From assembly GCA_028534125.1 (NCBI GenBank), contig CM052817.1, positions 34,040,001 through 34,104,000 of the forward strand: a stretch of 64,000 nucleotides of DNA, read 5' to 3'. Below the pieces are notes generated by a model. It had not been told where the DNA came from. It did not search any database and was given only the letters and a program-made list of their open reading frames with translations. Every line of letters begins with the position of its first letter. The first letter of the stretch is position 1. This stretch comes from Lama glama (Eukaryota). This document shows, one piece after another, positions 52,824 to 64,000 of this stretch. A program made the position numbers and the translations under genes.

Positions 52824-54509
52824 GGTACGTAATACAGTGTGCATATTCACGGGGTGTGTATCTAACATGGTGTGCATGTCCACACACACACATCTGATAT
52901 TTCCTTAATTTCTTTGAGCCTCATTTCCACATTTGTGAAAGGAAAGTTAAGGTGAGGTTCTTTGCAGTCCCTGAGTGCTGGACCAATAGAAGGTCTCAGA
53001 ATCACCTTTCATTTCAGACACTATGATAGAGCCCTTTCAAATGTCTTACATGCTTAGAGCATAACGTAAGCATCTCAGTCAAGCTCTTTTTGCTTAAGCC
53101 AGTCCATCATTCCAATTACTCTATTTAGGGTCATTTCCAAATATAGTGCATTTCCTGGGCAGTTCCTTCCCTGAAAAACAGCCATGTCCAACCCGAAGTG
53201 GGGCTAATGCTGCTCATTAGCCTGGTTGACTTTCTGTTTCCCTCTTGGCTGCAGTGTGTAAGCTGACTGGGGACCCATATGACTGTGTTCACGTCCAAGC
53301 TCAGTAGAACGAATTTTTCAAGCATGATTTGCCAGTCACGCTATCACATGCCTCCAGAGTCCAGCTGCGTTGCAGCTGCCGCCTACTCTGCATCCGTTCA
53401 TCTTGCACTTGGATCGAAAGCACGAGTACATGTGCCTGAACTGATTTGGTCTCTGCCCAGCTGTTTGTCCCTCATTGTCATCGGGATGTTTACAGACCCT
53501 CTGTTCTGGCTATTCTTGTTTCCTTATCACACTTGGGTCTGAAGAGCATTTTCCCATGTGGCCCTGGCCATAGCCAGCAATTTAGCTAGGTTTTCTCTGT
53601 TACTGAAACTTTTCTAAGGCATCTACTTCACACTTTCCGATCTAAGTGTGCACCTGCATATTTCCACAGTGAAAACAAGAAAGGAGGCTGGGGCTATAGC
53701 TTTTGTTAAAGATTGGCTATGAGTGTCCTTTTTGGTCCCCTAATCTTACCATGTGATTTGTTTCTAACTATTTGATAAGAGAGTAATTTCAACTAGAGAC
53801 CAAGCCAGATTACAGGAAGAGATTCATTCTTCCTCCTCTTATTTGAGTTAAGTGGTAAACATATTTTATCTTTCCAGAAAGTTATTTTGACTGTTCCTAA
53901 AGCCACTGATGCCTGTCACACACCAGCAGGTATTTTGTTGGTGGGATCTGTGCCTGAAGAATTGTTGGCAGGGAAGGTGGTAAGGAAAGGAGCCTGGAGG
54001 GTAGGACTGAGGTTCTAGGGTTGGCTGACCACCAACTATGAGAACATGTGTGAGTCACTGGCTCTCTCTGGGACTCAATTTCCTCCTATTAATAACAGGC
54101 ACCATGTATTATTGTATTAAAGCCTGTAATTAAAAAGTCTGTTTCAGAAGTACAGATTTCCAGACTCCCTCCAGAGATCCTGTTTCACTGTGTCTGAAGT
54201 GGGACCTGAATCTGTGTATTCTGCTGTATCACAGCACATCGCCAGTGTTTCCCGGTGTGCCCCCTACAACCATAGTGAGCCATCTGACCCAGGATATTTT
54301 ATATTGCTAATGAAATGCTCTTTCCTGATAAAGAGCATGGTTCTGACTTCCCAGTAGCCCAAAGCATTAACAAAAAATATTTCCCAGTAGCTCAAAACAT
54401 TAAAAAGTGCAGCCCATGCACCCATGGTGGGCTGAGAGGCAGAGCTATGCTGTCCGGGACAGTGGGCAGGATCGCATGTGGGAAGGAGGACCAGACATGC
54501 GGCTAGCTG

Positions 54510-54755
54510 GAATTGGGATGTGCTCTGAGTACAAGATATGCGTCAAATTTCAAAGATTTACTGTGAAAAAAGTAAGGCAAAATATCCAATTAATAATTTT
54601 TATACTGATTACATGTAGAAATGATAATATTCTGGATATGATGGGTTAAAGAAAATATATTATTAAAATTAATTTCACCTGTTTCTTTTAATGTAGCTAC
54701 TAGAAAATAGAAAATTCCATATATGGCTTGCATGCTTCTATGGGACAGCATTGCT
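54510..54755. mobile_element. MER3/MER33-like hAT-Charlie element
   Basis: gaaatgataatattctggatatgatgggttaaagaaaatatattattaaaattaatttcacctgtttc...atgggacagca. Confidence 0.75.
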
Positions 54756-55149
54756 ATCAAGGACAAGGCACTTTTTGAAAACAATATATCCATGAGGAGA
54801 GACCACCAACATGGACTGCATCATAGTAGCCTTGTAAACTGACCCAGGGTGACCTTGCTGGTTCTGACCTAACCTCAGCCCCGGTTTCCATTTTGACTGG
54901 GGGAATTTACAAGTGAAGGCTTGAGAAGGGATTGAATAGGCAATGGGGATGCACTGTTTTCTGAGTCAGTGGATCACCTCCTTAATGCACATCTCCTGCC
55001 TGATTCCAGCCTTTTTTTAAAAATAGAGAAGCTTTATCCATTCCTGTTGTAGACTCAGACTTTTCCATCCTCCCAACCCACTCTTCTCATTCTCCACCTC
55101 ACCCTTTGGTAATCAGGCTGTCCCCTTGACGGTATGACAAACACAACAT

Positions 55150-55650
55150 TAGAATAAAAAATTCCCCAACAATTTCCATTATAGGAAAATGTATAGTGAA
55201 ACTGGGACACTTCTATGTTGTTGGTAGTAGCAAAAATTATAACCCCTCTGGAAGCCAATGTGACATCGTTTCAAGAGCTGTATAAATGTTCTTAAAATTT
55301 GATTCAGTAAAACCACTCCTAGGAATTTGTCTGAAGGAAACATTCAACAGAAGCAAAGTAAATGTATAGACAGTCAATGCAGCATTTATCTATACTATGA
55401 AATTAGAAGCCATTTAAACACCTAATCATTGAGGAACAGTTAAGAAAATTACGCTGCAACAAATTCCATATAATATTATGCATTCATTCAAATTTATAAT
55501 TATGAAGGCTATACAGCAACATAGAAAAATGTTTACAAGATAATGTTAGATTTCATAAAGTAGAACACATAAATTGTATGCAGATTGTGATTGCATGCTA
55601 ACAATTATGCTTGCACATGGAAGAAGACTTAGAAGAAATGTGAAAAAATG
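55150..55650 (+). mobile_element. Old L1ME 3' fragment
   Basis: ttgattcagtaaaaccactcctaggaatttgtctgaaggaaa...gcagcatttat. Confidence 0.55.
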
Positions 55651-56536
55651 AAATCTCTGTTAGAGTTATTAAAAAATAAATCAGAGCATTTTAACAAGGA
55701 GACTGTGTTTCCTATGAGATCCAGAGATTGGCTCCCATGGTGTCCATAAATCAAATGAGAATATATAATATTTTGTGTGGCTGTGTGTAAAACACATTTT
55801 TTGAGACATGGAAGTATCATTTTCATTAGAGACTCAGAGGAATCTTATTATCATTTCCCTCCCAAATTAAGAATCAATGCCTAATGATTGTGCTATCATT
55901 TTATTGTTTTAATAATTAAAAGAAAGCGAGGCATCTCCTTTCCAGGAACCACCCCAAGTGAATTCACATGTGGCCGTGAGGAAGAATAAGAGCCCTTAGG
56001 TGAGAACAGGTCTAACCCTGGAAGAATATGTCAAGGAGAAAGGAGACCTTCAGGGGTCCCCACATCTTCCCGTTTATAACTGACCCCCACCCTTCCAGGT
56101 CAATTGCCCAGTGCTTTCCCCACACTCCCTTGGCTCCTCTTTTCCTCCTCCTCCCTAATGTTCCAATCAGGCCAACTCATCCAACTTCAGACCTTTGTAG
56201 CATCTCATCTAAGAAACACTTCAGTGCTCAATGCCCTGCAGTGCTAATGGGTTAGCCTCCTGGGATATCGCTGCCTTTTAACAGGTGCTTTGAAGGAACA
56301 ACACCTTAACACAATGAAGGGTTAGCACAGGTAGGTATCACACCTAGGACAGCACCAGAGACAGATCTGTGTCAGGGTACCAGCTGCTCTCCATCCCCTG
56401 ACCACATCAGGGCCACCTCCTTCACCGTACACATGAGGCCACTGGAAGGATTTCTGGCATTTGAGGAACATCATTCCATGAGTCCTAGCATTGTTTTCAC
56501 TCATCTGGGCCTATCAAAAAACACTAGTCAGGGCCA

Positions 56537-56860
56537 TTTTTTTTGTTTTTTGCTTTTTGTTTTTTCTTAATTGAAGTATTGTTGATTTACAATGTTGTGC
56601 CAGTTTCTGGTGTATAGGATGGCGATTCAGTTACATATATATATGTATTCGTTATCATTATAGGTTATTACAAGATATCAAATGTAGTTTCCTGTGCTAA
56701 ACCGCAAGACCTTGTTGTTCATCTATTTTATATATAGCAGTTTGTATCTGCTAATTCCAAACTCCTAGTTTATCCCTCCCCCGTCTTCCCCCTAGGTAAC
56801 CATAAGTTTGTTTTCTATGTCTGTGAGTCTGTTTCTGTTTGTTAAATCAGTTCATTTAAA
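56537..56860 (-). mobile_element. L1 3' end (camelid/L1MA9-like)
   Basis: poly-T, ttgaagtattgttgatttacaatgttgtg...ggtaaccataagtttgttttctatgtctgtgagtctg. Confidence 0.9.
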
Positions 56861-57639
56861 GAACCACTTAAAACAAAAATCTGGCAAAGATCTCAGCTTT
56901 CAGGCAAGATTCTGGTTGTTCTTCTCGTCTATCTATCTTGACGGTGCCTGGATTCAGTCAACCTCTACCCCACCCATCCTCCCTTCGTCCAGTGCATCCT
57001 TGTTGGTTTTTTGCCCTCACTGATGGCCTTGGGGTCGGGAAGATTTTCCTTATCTGGGGCTCTCACTCCCAACACTCCCCTCGCACGCCCAGCTTCCTGG
57101 AGCTGAAGTCTTGGCTTTATTCATCAGAGTGAGATTTCTTTCTTTTCCATTTAGCCTATTTACCTGCCAGAGAGTAGCTATTCTGAAATGGACACCTGTG
57201 AATGAGCTGAGTGAAAAAAGAAGGAAATGAGCATTTCTAGAAAAGTAGCCCAGAAGCTCTCCCCTTGAAGAACTGTCTCCAGCTTTACTCACCTATTAAA
57301 AGCCTGGCTTCCCAGCACTTCTTTTTCCTCTGACATTTCGGTGAAAGCTTTTTTTTTTCTTTTCTATTTCAGTTCAGCATTTTATTCCTTCAACTTTTCT
57401 CTCAGACTACTTTTTCTCCCCAGAAGCCTTTAGAGAGAAATACATTTTATCTCATTTAAGTATTCTATTATTTTTCTATTGCTTGCAGCCAAATCTAATC
57501 CAAAACAGGATCCTAAACATAATAAGCACTTAGTCCATGATAAGCGCCACTTAGTCATCCCCTCTGCAGTTTGAAGAACCTCTCCCCACCCCATCCAACC
57601 CCAATACTATAGCAGAACCTGCAGGTGCACCTTCACAAT

Positions 57640-58290
57640 GCTAACGTTTGTTGAGTGTTAACTATGGCCCAGGCAAGGTAACAGGTGCTTTACTTGGAAT
57701 ATCTCATTTAAACTTCATAACAACCCCATGAAGTTGGTACTATTTTAAACCTTCATTTTGTAGGTAAGTTTATTAATTTCCTAGGACTGCCGTAACAAAA
57801 CAACACAGAATTAAACAACAGAAATAAATGTTCTCACAATTCTGGAGGCTGGAAGTCCAAGATCAAGGTGTTGACAGGGTTGGTGTCCCCTGAGGCCTCT
57901 CTCCCTTGGCTTGCAGTCAGCGGCGCTCTTCCCACCTCTTCCCATGGTCTTTCCTCTGTGCCTGCTCATCCCTGGTCTCCCCTCTTGTGTCTGAATTTCC
58001 TGTTCTTACAAGGGCACCAGTCAGATTGGATTAGGGCCTATTCTAATGGTTTCATTTTAATTAAATCATTTCTCAAGGCCCTATCTCCAAATACAGTCAT
58101 ATTCTGAGGTACTAGGGTAAAAGCTTCAACATATGAATGTTGGGAACACAGTTCAACCCACTACAATGAGGAAACTGAGTCAGAAGAGAAATTAAGTAAA
58201 TTTCCCCAAACTACACAGTGAGGAAGTAACAGAAATGGATTTCAAACCCAGGAAATCTGGTTCCCGAGTTCAGGCAATGAAACAGGACAC
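57640..58290 (-). mobile_element. MIR SINE split by the MLT1 LTR
   Basis: atctcatttaaacttcataacaaccccatgaag ... gaggaaactgag...ggatttcaaacccagg. Confidence 0.75.
57769..58165 (-). mobile_element. MLT1A/C-like solo LTR nested in a MIR
   Basis: ctaggactgccgtaacaaa...ttctggaggctggaagtccaagatcaaggtg...cagttcaacccactaca; MIR halves cttcattttgtag / atgaggaaactgag flank it. Confidence 0.85.
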
Positions 58291-59061
58291 ATTCTGTGTT
58301 TCCACTCTGCATTATCATCTCTAATATATTTAGCTTGACAGTAATCCCCTGGTCCGCAGAACTCCAGACATTTAATGATCTAAGTTGCATTAAATCTATA
58401 AGCACGGATTTGAGTTGAGGGGTAGCTTTATGTAATCACCCTTCTCTTTTGTCTTAACCCTGGTTGTCACCTGCTAACTGTCCTGGGAGCCTTTGCCCTC
58501 TGTCACCACCAAGGGCCCTGGTGGCTTCATTCCTCCAGTTCCCAGGGAAATGCACCCCCTGGAGCCCTCTGCTCTCTCCGCTAGCCAGTACCCTGAACAC
58601 AATGCTCTAGGAAGAGGCCTGAACACTCTGCAGATGACAAGCTGGGCTCCGGGCTCCTTCCACTCTAACTGCCTCTCTGTGGGTGACTCTGGACACCTGC
58701 CACATCCCCAGATCCCGAGCCTCAAATCCTGCCTTCAACATAAGCATCATCAGCAGGCAGCAGAGAGTACCACGGGGTGCTGCCCTCTACAATTGCTCCC
58801 CCCACCCCTGTTGTACGTCTCCAGGCTCGGCTTCTATTCCACTGCCTGTACGCATCACCCATCACTGTGCCAGCACCTCCTTGAGCACAAGCCTCCCTGG
58901 ACGCTCTGGCACTTTCATTGCCAACAGTTTTCTCCTCTGCCACGTCCTGCTGATCCTAGAAATGGAGAACATAGCTATTGACTTGGGGGACTTAAAAGCC
59001 AAAGAGAGATCTGTTTCCAGCTCCGTCACAAATGCGGGGTTAAATAAGAATAGCTGATACT

Positions 59062-59168
59062 GGGGGGAGTTGGTGGGGAGGGTATAGCTCAAATGGGAGA
59101 GTGCATGCTCAGCATGCACAAGGTCCTGGGTTCAATCCTCAGCACCTCCACTAAAAAAAAAAAAAAAA
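59062..59168 (+). mobile_element. Vic-1-like SINE with polyA and perfect TSD
   Basis: ggggagggtatagctcaa...ggtcctgggttcaatcctcagcacctcc, A17 tail; TSD AGCTGATACT 59052-59061 / 59169-59178. Confidence 0.92.
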
Positions 59169-59179
59169 AGCTGATACTA

Positions 59180-59370
59180 AGTACTTTATATATAAACTCA
59201 ATTAATCTTCACAACAAGCCTAAGTTATTTACCGCCTTCTGCAGATGAGGAAACTGTGGCACGGAGACGTTAGGGAACTTGCCCAAGGCTACACAGCAGG
59301 TACAAGGCAGAGCCAGGAGTGAAACCAATGTAGTCTGTCTACAGAACTCATACACTTGACCATTACATAG
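59180..59370 (-). mobile_element. MIR SINE
   Basis: attaatcttcacaacaa...cagatgaggaaactgtggcacggagacgttagggaacttgcccaagg. Confidence 0.8.
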
Positions 59371-60822
59371 GTGATTTCCATGTATCACGATGTAATCTCC
59401 CTTTCTCTCCAGAGAGCGTGCAGATGGGGACAGACACATATACATACATTCCAAAGATTGGCCTTGGATGAGTCCAACAAGAACCTGTCAAAAATTTGAC
59501 AAATATAAGGTTGCATTATCCATGTACCATGACCTTCTACCTCATAATTGGCAAAGTAAGGGGTGCCCCCAAGGTCTCAGACCATCCCAGGCACTTTCAC
59601 ATAAATTTTCTCACTTATCCTTGCAATAATGTGTTGAATTGGCACTATTATGTCCATTTTACAGTTAAGAAAACTGAGGCTCAGAAGGGTTCAGCAACCT
59701 GCCCTAGGTCATACAACTAATAAGGGGGGGAGCCAAGATTGGGTCACAACACTTTCGATGCAATGCGGTGACAGACTAGGGGACCCCAGCACTCATCTCG
59801 CTGCACCGCGCTGCCTTGCCGCCCGCCTGAATGCCACTGGAATTCTGAGCAGGGCTGCCCAGGAGGAATAATAGGAAGCCTCCAGAGTTAGCTTAGAGAC
59901 TATGACACTTATATTAGATCTAAAGCCCATTATTGTATTTATACAAGCACTGGGGAAAAATCTGAATTCCCAAATTAAATGGAGCTAATCTCTTGAGTCC
60001 CAGATACCACTCCACCTGTCACTTGCCAAAACACATCCAATGAAGAAACACAAACTGGAACATCTCTAAAGTATTAGTGCTCGAAGTCAAAGCCATGGAA
60101 CCTGCATTTACTAAAACCCTCTCTCTGAAAATGTATTAATAATGTATGGCCAGAACTCGCAGACAATGTGATCGTTGTTCTAGGGATTTGCAGTCCAAAC
60201 ACTCTGTTTTGTGAAAGTTCGATTTTTGCCCAGTGATCACAGTTTTTGGTACAGTTTTTAAGGAAAGCACATGTTCATCCATTTGGTGATTCACCCTCGC
60301 CCACAAAGTCAACGATGATTCAAACCCAAATTGCTTTCGATCTTCCCCAGTACCTCATTTTTATCATAAAGGGACTTGCTTCCCAAACAATCTGCCATTC
60401 AAGTAGGAATATCCGTAGTCAGTATAGTTCATGCTACTAAACCCCGCTAGCCGTTAAAGGAGATGAATTGTGGAGCTGGAGAGCTGCAGCGGGGGACATG
60501 AGGAGTTCTGGAGAGCCTCTCTAAGAAAGCCCCAAATATAAGAATTCTAACCAACAAAGCAGGAAAATTAGGAGTGATTTCCTGTTTTGCCCCAGTGGTG
60601 TTGTGGAAGATACACAGAACGTATATGTAGGAGTTACACATTCTAACCCAGATCCAGCCACGTATCAGCTTTAAGTCCTTAGACAAGCTACTTAACCACT
60701 CTGAACCTCAGTCTCATCTTCTGGACATAGGCAATACTTATGTTTTTAGGCTGTTATGAGGTAACAAATTTCAAAATATCTAGTATATATTTGGCACAAA
60801 GTGAATACTGAAAATCTTTTTC

Positions 60823-61230
60823 TTTAAATTGAAGTATAGTCAATTCACAACGTTGTCTTAGTCTCTGGTATATAGCATGGTGATTCAGTTATACACACAT
60901 ACATATTCTTTTCCATTATAGGTTATTACAAGATATTGAATATAGTTCCCTGTGCTATACAGTAGGTCCTTGCTACTTATCTGTTTTACATATAGTAAGT
61001 TAATAACTGCAAGTATCAAACTCCCAATTTATCCCTCTCCCCCCAACCCCATAACCATAAGTTTGTTTTCTATGTCTGTGAGTCTGTTTCTGTTTTGTAA
61101 ATAAGTGCATTTGTGTCATTTTTTTTTTAAGATTCCACGTAGAAGTGACATCATATGGTTTGTCTTTCTCTTTCTGGCTTACTTCACTTAGTGTAATAAT
61201 CTCTAGGTCCATTCATGTTGCTGCTAATGG
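60823..61230 (-). mobile_element. 5'-truncated L1 with 13-bp TSD
   Basis: ttgaagtatagtc...ctaggtccattcatgttgctgctaatgg; TSD GAAAATCTTTTTC 60810-60822 / 61231-61243. Confidence 0.92.
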
Positions 61231-61859
61231 GAAAATCTTTTTCATTCTTTTAACCTGAAAGATTAAATCTTTTAAAGTTAATTCTGAATCTGAATTGTAA
61301 ATAATTTTCTACCTAAAAGGGTAAAATCTTAATTTACCTGTATTTCTATAGGAATATGTCAATTAATCAAAATAAAAAGGGAAATCCTGAAAGTTTATAA
61401 CAGATACCAGGAATATCTGAAATCTTATTCTCAATTTCCAGATGGTTGCCACTGGAACAACTCAGAGCCAGGTGGTCATGTATGCTACTTCCTGCCAAAG
61501 ACTTTTGGGCTGTGGGGTTTGTTCACTATGAAGAGAGAAGATCACGCCTTCCACTCCCTCACTGCCTATTGCCAAGAAGAGAATGTGTGTTGCCCATGGC
61601 CATTGTTTAATTCTGTTCAGTTCAGTTTGATGATTATGGACAAGGCAACACTCAGGGTACTGAAGATACACAGACATAGAGACATGATCCCTGCCCTTGA
61701 GGGGCTCACAGCCCAGTAGGGAGACAGATGGATAAACAAATAAATTTGTGTGAGTGAGTGAACTCTGCGGTTAGTGTGTGAACATGGAGAATTATGGGCC
61801 TAGAGGAATTAGGAATAACTTTCTGGAGGAGGTGATGACTGAGCTAAATCTGGAGGAAC

Positions 61860-61933
61860 CCATCTATGCATTCACCCACATACCCATTCATCTACCCATC
61901 CACTCGTCCATCCATCCATCCATCCATCCATCC
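61860..61933. repeat. (CCAT)n simple repeat, tail of an antisense L2
   Basis: Directly visible. Confidence 0.8.
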
Positions 61934-62420
61934 CTTTATTCAGCAAATAAAGGTTAAGTATTTACTATATGCCAGACATCGCTCTAAGCATTGTGGTTAG
62001 AGTGTGGAACAAGCAGATAGAGTCTACTTTTATGGAAATTACATTCTGCTAAAGGGAGGCAGAAAATAAAAATGTGAATAAATAAATACACAAATATAAG
62101 CAGCTTCAGGCACCAAGACAAATGCTAAGAAGAAAATGCGGAGTGATGCTTCTGGTCAGGGTATGGAGACTATTTTAGGTAAGTTTCCCAGAGGAGGGAA
62201 AACCGAGTCAAGACCAGAATAATGGGATGGAGACAAAGGATGCAAAAATCCAGAGTTAGAGCACTAGGCAGAGGAAATGAGCAGAGGCTGTAAGGTAAGA
62301 ACTCGCTTGGTCTAATCATAAACAAAACAAAGTTTAAAAAATTAGCCCAAAGCCAGTGTGGGGAGGGAGGGGCTGGTTTGAGATGAGGTCAGAGAGGAAG
62401 GTCTCTTTGCCTGTGAGCCA
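61934..62420 (-). mobile_element. L2 3' fragment
   Basis: ttattcagcaaata...tactatatgccagacatcgctctaagcattg...gaacaagcagatagagtc. Confidence 0.7.
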
Positions 62421-64000
62421 TGGCAGACAGTAGCCTCAGTGCAACAGGAGGGGTCAAACCAGGAGAGGGATGTGTTCTGAATTCCGGCTTTTATGATAGC
62501 CCAGGGATTAGCCCGCGCAAGTCCAGAAGCAGGCAACTCCAGGCAGAGGGGGCGTATGCCCCTTCCTCGTGTACACTTTCTCTGGTTGGTGTTCCTTCTG
62601 CCTTTTTCTCTTCTCCTCCCCACCACAACAGTGCTGTCGTCATGAGGTCAGGGTCAGCATACATGATCAGAGACCTAACAGCTGTCACTCCTGGGTAGCG
62701 CACTGTGCATAATTGCTCCTGCTTCTAGAAATGCTGACTCATTGCTAGACTCCTCATAAAACAGCAACGAGGTGTCATATGAACATGGCATGCCTACATC
62801 TCTTGCAGGGTGTTCACCATCATTATTTTAATTTTAGCCAAGGAGGTAAAAATATCAGGCATTTTTTTTTTTTTTACTCTCATGTGATGGATGAGGAAAT
62901 TTCTGTGCATCAGCACAGAAAGGTGAGTCGATATGCTCAAGGTCACACAGCTAGTTTGTGACAGAGTCAGGACTGGAATCCTGGTCTCTGATTCATAGCA
63001 TGTACTGGATCCGCAGCCATTGTCCATGGGGCGCTATTGATTTTCAGTGGGGGGTGGGCATGGGGGTGAGCTACTGAAGTGGGGGGTGGGCATGAGTGAC
63101 TGTCCCAGATACCGCAGAATATTTTGAATTCCTGGCCCCTGCCAGTAGCAATCAGGTGAAAAACCTTGTGACAACCAAAAAGTATTTCCACACATTCCCT
63201 GGGGAAGATTGGTGTGCCCCCTGGGAACAGTGGAGTTTCATGCGCTCCTGTGTAGATGGGAAACTCGAGACACGAGAAGCAGAAGGCAGTTAGCAGCTGC
63301 TCACAAATTCGCTGTGTATTATTTAAACAGCTGTCATTAATACACTCCTACACTCTTACCTTATCTGGTAAGTATAAGAATGCTGACTCAGGAAGACCAT
63401 TTATTTGTTTCATCATTTAACAGGCAACTCCTGATTATCTTGTAAGGCAGTGCTCTGAGCTGAACGCTAAGGATGTGATGTTGAAGAGGGACATGGTGCT
63501 GGTCCTCAAGGAGGTTGCATCATGGAGAGGGCAGAAGTGGAGCCCTGGAAGCTAATGAACAATCCCATGGCAAAGAGGAAAATGTCAGGATGCCGCCACA
63601 CTGGTGATGGAAGAAGATAGACAAGGACACCCAACTCAGATTTAGAGGCTCAGGGAAGGAGCGATTTTCCAACACTGCAGCTGTCCAGAACCAGATCATA
63701 TTGGGATAAAACTAGATTGCCATTAATGAAGATATTTAAATAGAAACTGGATCATCAGATGGCTGAGAAAATGTTAAAAGGTTTAAGCAGTGCAGGTCAA
63801 GCTCACTAAGATCCCTGTCATGTCCGCAGAAGACCATAAACAGAATGTAATCACATCTGATTTCTGTAACGATATGTGACAATGAAGTAACCCTCTATTA
63901 GACTAGGTTATAAAAAGAAAATGCTAGGAGTAATGTTTTCCTCCAAAATGCTTCTACAAAGTACTGACTTAAAAAAAAAAAAAACTTGCCCCCTTCCACC

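Noticed and set aside
58493..58981. 162-aa ORF, longest in window
   Set aside because: Non-ATG start, no recognisable domain, GC-rich region open in several frames
59062..59150. tRNA-like A/B boxes (also 14264, 22576, 35494)
   Set aside because: PolyA tails, TSDs and divergence mark them as SINEs, not tRNA genes
61000..61212. ORF MDLEIITLSEVSQKEKDK
   Set aside because: Remnant of L1 3' region; similar text recurs at 38286-38486
63021..63037. CTCF-like GGGGCGCTA
   Set aside because: 5' half of the motif does not match
21013..64000. Additional protein-coding gene, processed pseudogene or foreign insert downstream of KIT
   Set aside because: No ORF with recognisable homology or exon chain; composition is ordinary mammalian intergenic DNA. 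A lncRNA cannot be excluded from sequence alone

Overview
Mammalian genomic DNA, most likely a camelid (inferred from several tRNA-derived Vic-1-like SINEs and camelid-type L1 3' ends). The first ~21 kb hold the 3' half of the KIT receptor tyrosine kinase gene on the + strand: end of intron 7, coding exons 8-21 with canonical GT-AG junctions and an intact frame (stop TGA 18880-18882), then a ~2.1 kb 3'UTR ending after AATAAA 20987-20992. The remaining ~43 kb is gene-poor downstream DNA (toward KDR by conserved synteny) made of L1, L2, MIR, MLT LTRs, Tigger/MER DNA transposons, microsatellites and a few repeat-free islands with TF-motif clusters. No prokaryote-type system or new protein-coding gene is supportable. 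Most notable: Pro at the equivalent of the PKC feedback site S741; a 12-codon intron-16 ORF in the mouse tr-kit position closed by TAA TAG; an A at acceptor -13 of exon 17; overlapping miR-221/222, miR-137 and Pumilio sites; two locally templated insertions inside old LINEs; candidate downstream enhancers. Residue numbering and cross-species comparisons are from recalled human/mouse/horse/camel KIT knowledge, not from a search; repeat subfamily names and boundaries are approximate.
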